A stretch of 64,000 bases of DNA from Woeseiaceae bacterium (GCA_021773055.1 JAJFKV010000044.1:20151-84150), one strand, 5' to 3'; counted from the stretch's first letter, positions 26,933-34,606 are shown. Notes: generated by a model not told the origin, from the letters alone. A program made the numbers and translations.

Positions 26933-28278
26933 TGCGGCACCCACTGTAGCTGGAGACCGACTTCCGTGCGGTCATAGTCATAAAGTGCAATATTTGAATC
27001 GTTGTCTATGTAGCGAATTCTCGGCGTTAATGACAAACCGTCAGACCAGACATCGCTGAAGGTTACCTGCAATAGTGTTGAGACTTGTGTGTCCTCTCGT
27101 GATGTTCCGAAAAAGACACCGTCGTAGTCACTGGTCAGGCTACCTGCTGAGGCGAATAACTGTCCTTTGTTGCCAACCGCCATGTGCAGCGTGAGACGCC
27201 CGCCAATTTTCGAATTACCGTACGGAGAGCCGCTGTTACGTTCAGAGTCGTTGCCACCGATCACCTCAAAGCCGAGCTTGCCGGGAGATTCGAATTGATA
27301 GGTCAGGCCGCCGCTGTAAAGAATACGATCAACATCGAGCGTATCGATCAGGTCATCGTGTCGAATGGCACCACCGCGAAGGCTGAGCGTGATATCCCAG
27401 TTAGAAGCGATTCGACTTCCAAGTAATGCATCCAGTCCGAGATAGCTCTGATTCGGGTCTCCATCGCGTGTGGCCCAGTAACCATCGGCACCGGCCCGCC
27501 CAAAAAATGGGCCGCGCTGCCAGGTCACCCCGGTATTGCCGCTCAGGACACCAGAATCGACGAAACTGGCGTCCGGGTTGTGCCGGTAGCTGGCGCGGCC
27601 ACCGGTATACCAGCCAAATTGCGTGCTTTTCGGGTTATTCCAGTTAAAGCTGGCGCCGGCCTCGACGAACGATGTTTCAGTCTGCAGATTGTCCGGGCTG
27701 AGGATGAAGCCCATGAACTGCTGGTCGTCGGTCGAGCCGTTGGCGTTGTCATCGTAACCACCGGCCACATCGAACGAAAAGCGGAGACTACTCTTGGGAG
27801 GTGATGGTGTTGCGTCGATGGATGCAATGTAATCACTAATAATCGTGCGTACAGGCGCTGATGGCCCCTCATCCAGCAAACGTATGAACAACGGACGTGC
27901 CAGTGCTGCATTGCCGCTGTCGAAGTATGCGCGGGCGAGTTCCATTCGGGCCCCTGAAAATTCAGGGGAAACGGCCAGCGACCGGCGCAGGCTGAATATC
28001 GCATCACTGTGGTGTCCGGAATCCAGCGCGGCAACACCGAGGAGGTAGTCGAAATACGGATTACCGGCCAGTTCTACTTCACGCGTACTCAACAGGGTAA
28101 ATGCCGCGCCACTTTGGCCTGTGGCCAGCAACGACTCCGCATCTTGAAGAAACTGCCGTTGTTCAGCGCTGGCAGCGATTCGAAATGTGTCCTGAGCGAT
28201 GACCTCGGTTGTGAATACACAAAACCACACGGTGAGCGCCAGGATAGATACTTTCTTGATATTCGGTACGGGTAGCAT
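26929..28278 (-). CDS. TPR + C-terminal beta-barrel outer-membrane protein, Slam/DUF560 (type 11 secretion)-like
   Basis: Signal peptide MLPVPNIKKVSILALTVWFCVFTTEVIAQ. TPR-like N-terminal ~170 aa (GNPYFDYLLGVAALDSGHHSDAIFSLRRSLAVSPEFSGARMELARAYFDSGN) followed by a ~280-aa barrel-like region ending ...DSNIALYDYDRTEVGLQLQWVPQ. The size and architecture match Slam proteins. Confidence 0.6.
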   Translation of the reverse strand: MLPVPNIKKVSILALTVWFCVFTTEVIAQDTFRIAASAEQRQFLQDAESLLATGQSGAAFTLLSTREVELAGNPYFDYLLGVAALDSGHHSDAIFSLRRSLAVSPEFSGARMELARAYFDSGNAALARPLFIRLLDEGPSAPVRTIISDYIASIDATPSPPKSSLRFSFDVAGGYDDNANGSTDDQQFMGFILSPDNLQTETSFVEAGASFNWNNPKSTQFGWYTGGRASYRHNPDASFVDSGVLSGNTGVTWQRGPFFGRAGADGYWATRDGDPNQSYLGLDALLGSRIASNWDITLSLRGGAIRHDDLIDTLDVDRILYSGGLTYQFESPGKLGFEVIGGNDSERNSGSPYGNSKIGGRLTLHMAVGNKGQLFASAGSLTSDYDGVFFGTSREDTQVSTLLQVTFSDVWSDGLSLTPRIRYIDNDSNIALYDYDRTEVGLQLQWVPQ

Positions 28279-28325
28279 TTTTTTTATTTTCCCGCGATCC
28301 AAATCTTGAGCAGTGCTGTGCGGTA

Positions 28326-30467
28326 TTACTTGCTCAGGTGGTCGAAAACCCCATCCCAATCCGCCGGCGGTGGCTCTTGTTTGAACCGCTCTATCCGATC
28401 AAGGTACGCATTATATAGAAGCTCGCCCTTCTGTTCTGTCAATTTTTCGAACAACTGGCGTGAGATTTCCCAATCACAGCGCCGATACCCTGCCAGCGCT
28501 TTTTCATAATCTGCCAGCGTCGAAAGTTCTTTTTCGTCGAGCGTCCTTGTCTCACCTATTGGTTCGAATATTGCGACCGGTTTCGTCTTTCCTTTAACGC
28601 GAACGAGATCTAGCTCTCTAAACGTAAATTCAGGGATATCTGCCACGGTGCCTTCATTGACGATGATGTCGACACCGTATTGTTTGGTGAGCCCCTCAAG
28701 CCGCGAACCAAGGTTCACCGTATCGCCCATAACCGTATAGGCAATACGAAACTCTGAACCCATGTTGCCGACATTCATGTCGCCACTTGCGATGCCAACG
28801 CCAACACGAATGGGTGGCCAGCCTTTTGCTGCGAATGCCTCATCCAGTGATTCGACAGCTTGCAACATGCCGAACGCGGCGAGCAGGGCGTGCCTTGCGT
28901 GGTTTTCGTCCTGCAGCGGGGCGCCCCAAAACGCCATTACACAATCACCCATATACTTATCGATGGTGCCGCGGTGTTCTTGTATGACGCGAGTAAACGG
29001 CGTTAGAAACTCGTTCATCATTTGCGTCAGCTCACGTGCATCCAGCCCTTCCGAGATCGTAGTAAACCCTCGAACGTCCGAGAACAGTACCGACATTACC
29101 CGTGTTTCGCCTTCCAGAGACACTTCGGCGCCGCTGGCGTCGATTTCTTCTACAACGCCGGGTGGAATGTACTGACCAAAGATTTGTGACAAGTGCCGTT
29201 TGTTTCTTTGCTCGACAAAAAAACCATACGTGATTTGCAGTAACCCGGCGACCAGCGTGAATCCAATGATCGATGCGATTGGAATGACGAGATTGAATGA
29301 TGTCCAAAGCCAAAGGTTAGTTGTCATCGTCAGCGCAAGTATCGCCGCGACCATCAATAGTGATGACTGCGGTGAAAGTTTTGGCAACAATAGCGCAACG
29401 AGTGCGCCGATCAGGAATAACAAAGTGAACTCAAGGCCATTCGACCAGGCAGGTTGCCGGCGGATAGTTCCGTCGAGCAAACCCGCGACGAGATTCGCGT
29501 GCACCTCGACACCTATGTACCGCTGACCAACAGGGGTCGAGCGCAAGTCGAGCAGACCGGCTGCGCTTGCCCCGACCAGTACGATCTTGTCAGCCAGCCA
29601 TTCACGGGGTGCCGTCTTGTTGACGATGTCGCGAGCTGGAATGAAGCGGAAGCTTTCCTGCGGGCCGCGGAAGGGAATGAAAACAGCGGCTTGTTCGTTG
29701 ACGGGTATTTCTTTATCACCGATGCGGAACGACTCAAGATCGATTCCGCGTCGTTCGCTGCCGGCAAATTTGAAGCCAACAGGTGGCGCACCCATAGCCG
29801 AATGCGTTAGCGCCAGCGCCAGCGCCGGATAAAGGTCACCCCGGTAGCGTTGCACTAGTGGCGTGCGCCGGAATACCCCGTCGGAGTCAATTAATGGCGA
29901 GTCGAAAAAACCGCCACCAGATGCATTTTCCTGCAGCGCTTGCAGGCTGCCGGCATAGCCGGCCGCTGTGACAAAGGGCACGGAGATATCGGTGAGATCT
30001 GCGGCAGGAATGAATGCTGTGGGTAGTACGCCTGTGAATTCAGGTTCGTTTTGGCTGAGTGAGTCTTTGAATACGAAGCCTGTGACAATATTGCGGGCGA
30101 TAAACGACTCCGCAAAGGTTTCATTGCCACCGCCACGACCTGCTTCGGCGAACAATACATCAAAGCCCAACACATTGACGCCATAGTCATCAAACAGAAT
30201 ATCGAGAATGCCGGCGAGCGTTTCCCGTTCCCAGGGCCATTGCCCCAATTGCACCTGGCTGGCCTCGTCGATATCGACGATGACAATGCGATCATCGATA
30301 CCGCCCGGCATCGTAGTACGAACGCGTACGTCGTAAAGGTAGTTCTCCATGCGGTCGATCGCCTCGAACCGCGGCTTGCCGGCAACGTGCATAGAAAAAA
30401 TGATGAGCACGACCGTACTTATCAGGAGGCGTATCAGCAGTCGGGCCGTGCGAGTGGCGAGAGGCAT
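28326..30467 (-). CDS. CHASE2 sensor domain - TM region - class III adenylate/guanylate cyclase
   Basis: N-terminal TM plus a periplasmic CHASE2-like region (IVIVDIDEASQVQLGQWPWERETLAGILD), three further TM helices, then the cyclase core VLFSDVRGFTTISE, KYMGDCVMAFWGAP and YTVMGDTVNLGSRLE. Confidence 0.88.
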   Translation of the reverse strand: MPLATRTARLLIRLLISTVVLIIFSMHVAGKPRFEAIDRMENYLYDVRVRTTMPGGIDDRIVIVDIDEASQVQLGQWPWERETLAGILDILFDDYGVNVLGFDVLFAEAGRGGGNETFAESFIARNIVTGFVFKDSLSQNEPEFTGVLPTAFIPAADLTDISVPFVTAAGYAGSLQALQENASGGGFFDSPLIDSDGVFRRTPLVQRYRGDLYPALALALTHSAMGAPPVGFKFAGSERRGIDLESFRIGDKEIPVNEQAAVFIPFRGPQESFRFIPARDIVNKTAPREWLADKIVLVGASAAGLLDLRSTPVGQRYIGVEVHANLVAGLLDGTIRRQPAWSNGLEFTLLFLIGALVALLLPKLSPQSSLLMVAAILALTMTTNLWLWTSFNLVIPIASIIGFTLVAGLLQITYGFFVEQRNKRHLSQIFGQYIPPGVVEEIDASGAEVSLEGETRVMSVLFSDVRGFTTISEGLDARELTQMMNEFLTPFTRVIQEHRGTIDKYMGDCVMAFWGAPLQDENHARHALLAAFGMLQAVESLDEAFAAKGWPPIRVGVGIASGDMNVGNMGSEFRIAYTVMGDTVNLGSRLEGLTKQYGVDIIVNEGTVADIPEFTFRELDLVRVKGKTKPVAIFEPIGETRTLDEKELSTLADYEKALAGYRRCDWEISRQLFEKLTEQKGELLYNAYLDRIERFKQEPPPADWDGVFDHLSK

Positions 30468-30554
30468 GGCGCCAATTTACACGAATTCGCGCACGATACG
30501 GAATCAGCTTTCAACATGAAGCTGCTGCAGCGTCATTTCGACGCAGCGGCTCTC

Positions 30555-30647
30555 TTCGAAAAACTTTCGCAACTACCTGGCATCCAGGAGGTCACTTCTA
30601 GCATAGTGCTGTCCGACATCAAACACACGACGGCATTGCCTATTTAA
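30555..30647 (+). pseudogene. Orphan 3' fragment of an Lrp/AsnC-family gene (last 30 codons + stop)
   Basis: It translates to FEKLSQLPGIQEVTSSIVLSDIKHTTALPI*, which is 29/30 aa identical to the C-terminus of the intact regulator at 11570-11662. By hand alignment it is only 71/93 nt identical. There is no N-terminal HTH part. Upstream it lies opposite the start of the cyclase gene. Confidence 0.8.
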
Positions 30648-30696
30648 CTAACGCCGAAAGTCGCGACTTGCGGTTTATCGCAGAGGGAGAAATTAG

Positions 30697-31197
30697 ATGT
30701 CAAAGTTGATGACCAGAGAAACGAGCGCGTGCTTTGGGATACTTTTCGGCATAGGTCTTTTGTTCGTCGCGACATCGCTCCGTGCTGACGATGGAAATTG
30801 TGATGAGTTGCGTCGTTGTAGTCTGATCGAAGATTCAGCGGCGCGCCTGGCCTGCTACGACACCCAAAGTGGCCGGCAGCAATCAGGACCGATAGCGCCT
30901 GATAACGATCTTGAGTCGGCGACAAATGGCTCGCTCGATGACCTGGGGTCGGAGTCGGTAGAACGGGAAAAGGGTGAGGCGCCAACGCGACGGGCGACAG
31001 TAACGCGCTGCCGCAAGGACGGAAACGACAAGTATCACTTCTATTTTAAAAATGGACAGGTCTGGAAGCAAACCGACCGAAAGCGACTGAAGTACAAAGT
31101 CTGTGAGTTCGAAACTACAATCAGCAAGGATTTCTTCGGATACAAAATGAAACCCGATGGCGGTACAAGCCGTATTCGAATCACGCGCGTGAAATAG
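30697..31197 (+). CDS. Small secreted Cys-containing protein of unknown function (paralog of 43680-44177)
   Basis: Signal peptide (FGILFGIGLLFVATSLRADD), conserved Cys positions and the C-terminal block RC.KD...KY.FY...GQVWKQ...L.....C.F...I.KDFFGYKM shared with the second copy. Confidence 0.7.
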   Translation: MSKLMTRETSACFGILFGIGLLFVATSLRADDGNCDELRRCSLIEDSAARLACYDTQSGRQQSGPIAPDNDLESATNGSLDDLGSESVEREKGEAPTRRATVTRCRKDGNDKYHFYFKNGQVWKQTDRKRLKYKVCEFETTISKDFFGYKMKPDGGTSRIRITRVK

Positions 31198-31374
31198 CGG
31201 CTGATAAGCCCTTGGTTTTGAACATAATATAAATACTAATATTCTATTTGTTGTATTTTTAATACAAATAATTCGATATCTGCACACGGTCTCAACGCGC
31301 ACAGAATGGCTAAACTTAGCCGTTATAACCAGATGTTCCTAAACTTTTCTGTTTTCGCCAGTCGAAGCCCCCAC

Positions 31375-31398
31375 GCGTTGTGAGAAAAATACAACGTG
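31375..31398 (+). promoter_or_regulatory. Conserved inverted-repeat leader/operator motif upstream of TonB-dependent receptor 1
   Basis: gcgttgtgagaaaaatacaacgtg has arms CGTTGT-N9-ACAACG and ends 27 nt before the ATG. A 20/24-identical copy sits at the same relative position upstream of the second receptor. Confidence 0.5.
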
Positions 31399-31425
31399 TC
31401 ATTTTTCAATCAAGGGGATATTGCC

Positions 31426-34400
31426 ATGAACAGATACCAAGCAACACGCGGCATTCTGCGTTCAGCAATTATAGCGGGGACAATTTCAGCACTTTGTATG
31501 CCCGCTTTTGCGCAGGATACCGACGAGGACGAAGAGAGCCTCGAAGAGATCATCACTACTGGTACACGAATCCGTAATCAAAACGTGATTGCGGCGAGTC
31601 CGGTGACTTCAATAGGTATTGAAGAGATCGAAGCTAAGCAGACACCGAACATCGAGCGTATCTTCCGCGATTTGCCGATCACCATCCCAGGCGATGGTGA
31701 GAACGTAAATAACGGTACGTCTGGTCAGGCAACACTTGACCTTCGAGGTCTTGGACCCGAGCGTTCACTCATCATGATCGACGGCAAGCGTCTGGCTCCA
31801 TACGATATCAACGGTATCGTGACAACTGACGTTATTCCTATCAACATGCTTCAGCGCGTCGACGTTGTTACTGGTGGAGCTTCAGCGGTATATGGATCCG
31901 ATGCTATGTCCGGCGCGGTCAACTTTATACTCAAGCAAGGCTTTGAAGGCGTTGAACTTGACTTCGGTTATTCTGATACCGATTCAGGCAAAGCAATCTT
32001 AGGCGGCGGTGGTCACACCGAGTACATCGGTGCATTGTTCGGCGTTAACACAGGCGACGACCGAGGCAACATCACCCTCGGTGTGAGCAAAACCAGTCGC
32101 GGTAGCATCTTGCTTGCCGAGCGCCAATTCGGAGAGTTCGGTGTTTCGTCGGCTACTGGTTCAGGCCTGGGCTCAGCACCCGATACGCCTGCTGCAGGTT
32201 GTACCGGTGGCGAAGGCGCGTTCACCACGTCCTTTGCATCGGGTGTCGGTTCGACAACATCGATTCCGGGAACACTGGATCTTCGCAGCGGCAACTCCTA
32301 TCAGTTCCAGGATGACGGATCGCTGGGAACCACGCGATGTGCACGATTTAACTTCAACCCGTTCAACTATTATCAGACGCCTCAGGAGCGCTTTCAGGCA
32401 ACTACGGTCGCATCCTACGAAGCCAACGATAATATGGAGTTTTACGGTCGTGCAACATGGTCGTCCAACGAGTCAAACTTCCAGATCGCTCCGTCAGGAA
32501 CCTTCGGAACCGCATTCACGATTCCTGTTATGAATCCGTTCTTCGACACGGCTGCACGCACGACGATCATTGATGATCTGAATTTGGGTGCTGTTGCGTT
32601 TGTCGATGCGCAGAATCAGACGATCGCTGACTTGATGGCTCTGCCGAACCCAACTCAGGATGATCTGGATGCACTGACTGCAACTCAGGCAGCACTGGCG
32701 GCGGATCCGACTGGATTTAACTCAGTGGGTATTCAGGACTTCAATAGCGACGGAGTATTTGATGAGAATGACGCATTCACATCAACCGCTCGCCGTCGTA
32801 CGCTTGAGCTTGGACCGCGATCAGGTAGTTTCAAGACTGACTTTGCGCAGTATCTGGTTGGCCTTCGTGGCGAGCTTCCCGGTGCAATGGAAGGCTGGAA
32901 CTACGATGTCTCCTACCAGTTCGCGAAGTCTGACTTCATCGAAACCCGTGATGGCTTCACTAACGTCACCAATCTGGCTCTCGGTATTAACACCGTAAGC
33001 GCAACAGAATGTCGTGATTTGAATGGCAACGTCACTGCATCGCCGTGTTCGCCGATCAACGTCTTCGGACCGTTGGGATCGATCACCGAGCAGCAACGTG
33101 CAGATGGCTTCTTCATCGCCATTGCCAGCGACCTTCGCAGAACAACGCAGACGATTTGGGCCGCTTCTATCGACGGCACATTTGACGACGTTTCGCTGCC
33201 TTGGGCTGACGATGGTCTGTCTGTCGCGTTCGGTGCAGAGTTCGGTGAATTGACGGCAAGTTCGTCGCCGGATGAGTGCTTGAAACTGGCTCCGACCAGC
33301 TGTCAGGGTGGCGCTGGTGGTAACCGTCTGCCCGTCAATGGTAGCTACACGTCGGATGAGTATTTTGTAGAAGCAGTTCTGCCGTTGATTCAGGGCAAAA
33401 GCGGTGCTGAAAACGTCAGCCTCGAGTTAGGCTTCCGCGGATCAGACTTCGATCCGCAGGGCACAACCGAATCGTGGAAGTATGGACTCAGTTGGGAAGT
33501 GCTTGATGGCTTCCGACTTCGCGCTATGCAGCAACAGGCTGTTCGTGTCGCGAACATCGGCGAACTGTTCCGCCCGGTCACGACCGGACTGGACAATGCA
33601 ACTTCGGATCCATGCTCAATCGGCAATCCGAATCCGCCGGCCGCAGGTAGCACACTGTTCAATCTGTGTGTTCAGACCGGTCAGCTTCCGAGTCAGGTAG
33701 GTACGACCCAGGACATCATTTCGGGTCAGATCAATGTCTTTACGGGAACCAATCCGCTTGCCGCACCTACACCGGAAGAAGCGACAACACTGACGCTGGG
33801 CTTCGTTTGGGAACCAACATTCCTGGACAACTACCCAACGACGATCTCTGTTGACTACTACGATATCGATATCGAGAACTACATCGATACTCCGACGGGT
33901 CAGGAAGCACTTGATTTGTGTTACGTGCTTGAAGATCCAGTGGCTTGTGGCGGAATCGTTCGAATCGGTGGCGCGTTCACTGAAACAGGAACTGGCGTTC
34001 CGGCGTTCTTCACGAACTTCACGTCATTCCATGCTGAAGGTATTGACCTCGCAGTGAGCACGGCCGTTGATATTGGTGCCGCTGGCGATCTGTCTTTCGG
34101 ACTGGTCGCTCACAAGTACCTGACGAACGAGTTCCAGACGACAGCAGCATCCGCAGTTGTTGACTGTAACGGTTTCTACGGTACGTCTTGTGATCCGGTT
34201 CCTGAGTTCCGTTCAACATTGCGTGTTAACTGGGCTCGTAACGACTATGACGCATCATTGTTGTGGCGTCATATCGGCGAAATGGATGCACAGACCAACG
34301 AAGCAAGTCAGCTGTTCTCGGCGTTCCAAAGTGTTGATTCGTTCGACTACTTTGATTTGTCGTTCGGTTACACCTACAACGATTGGGCTCGCTTCTCACT

Positions 34401-34545
34401 TCTGTTGAGCAACGTCGCGGATGAAGATCCTCCGATTCTTGGTAACGAGACGGGTTCAACATCGTTCAACTCGGGTAATACATTCCCAAGCTTGTTCGAT
34501 ACCGTCGGCAGAATGTATGCTCTTAACGTGAAAATTAGCTTCTAA
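31426..34545 (+). CDS. TonB-dependent receptor
   Basis: Signal peptide ending CMPAFAQD. Plug motifs EEIITTGTRIR, DLRGLGPERSLIMIDGKR and VVTGGASAVYGSDAMSGAVNFILK. A long barrel ends ...YALNVKISF. Confidence 0.92.
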   Translation: MNRYQATRGILRSAIIAGTISALCMPAFAQDTDEDEESLEEIITTGTRIRNQNVIAASPVTSIGIEEIEAKQTPNIERIFRDLPITIPGDGENVNNGTSGQATLDLRGLGPERSLIMIDGKRLAPYDINGIVTTDVIPINMLQRVDVVTGGASAVYGSDAMSGAVNFILKQGFEGVELDFGYSDTDSGKAILGGGGHTEYIGALFGVNTGDDRGNITLGVSKTSRGSILLAERQFGEFGVSSATGSGLGSAPDTPAAGCTGGEGAFTTSFASGVGSTTSIPGTLDLRSGNSYQFQDDGSLGTTRCARFNFNPFNYYQTPQERFQATTVASYEANDNMEFYGRATWSSNESNFQIAPSGTFGTAFTIPVMNPFFDTAARTTIIDDLNLGAVAFVDAQNQTIADLMALPNPTQDDLDALTATQAALAADPTGFNSVGIQDFNSDGVFDENDAFTSTARRRTLELGPRSGSFKTDFAQYLVGLRGELPGAMEGWNYDVSYQFAKSDFIETRDGFTNVTNLALGINTVSATECRDLNGNVTASPCSPINVFGPLGSITEQQRADGFFIAIASDLRRTTQTIWAASIDGTFDDVSLPWADDGLSVAFGAEFGELTASSSPDECLKLAPTSCQGGAGGNRLPVNGSYTSDEYFVEAVLPLIQGKSGAENVSLELGFRGSDFDPQGTTESWKYGLSWEVLDGFRLRAMQQQAVRVANIGELFRPVTTGLDNATSDPCSIGNPNPPAAGSTLFNLCVQTGQLPSQVGTTQDIISGQINVFTGTNPLAAPTPEEATTLTLGFVWEPTFLDNYPTTISVDYYDIDIENYIDTPTGQEALDLCYVLEDPVACGGIVRIGGAFTETGTGVPAFFTNFTSFHAEGIDLAVSTAVDIGAAGDLSFGLVAHKYLTNEFQTTAASAVVDCNGFYGTSCDPVPEFRSTLRVNWARNDYDASLLWRHIGEMDAQTNEASQLFSAFQSVDSFDYFDLSFGYTYNDWARFSLLLSNVADEDPPILGNETGSTSFNSGNTFPSLFDTVGRMYALNVKISF

Positions 34546-34572
34546 GCTTTTCGCTTGGTATGCAACGAGAAC

Positions 34573-34599
34573 GGCGACCTTCGGGTCGCCGTTTTTTTT
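34573..34599 (+). terminator. Rho-independent terminator after TonB-dependent receptor 1
   Basis: GGCGACC-TTCG-GGTCGCC perfect 7-bp stem followed by GTTTTTTTT. Confidence 0.8.
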
Positions 34600-34606
34600 G
34601 CCACCT

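Noticed and set aside
11713-30467. Whether the operon is simply an MtrCAB/PioAB/MtoAB or Geobacter Pcc cluster, or a classical mobile island
   Set aside because: The decahaems here are 534 and 1221 aa with FHA/TM and LVIVD fusions, not compact ~330-aa MtrA/MtoA types, and the barrel-like protein is shorter than MtrB/PioB. No integrase, transposase, tRNA or perfect direct repeats were found, so I do not call a mobile_element feature. I report only the lrp-fragment scar.
30240-30647. 135-aa ORF ending in the Lrp-like C-terminus
   Set aside because: Only the last ~30 codons are Lrp-like. The first two thirds are antisense to the 5' end of the CHASE2 cyclase gene and have no HTH domain. I treat it as a gene fragment (pseudogene), not a functional ORF.
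31198-31425. A known riboswitch (cobalamin, TPP etc.) in the long leaders of the TonB-dependent receptor genes
   Set aside because: I could not recognise a B12 box or any other conserved riboswitch core by eye. Only the paralogous blocks reported above are evident. A covariance-model scan would be needed.
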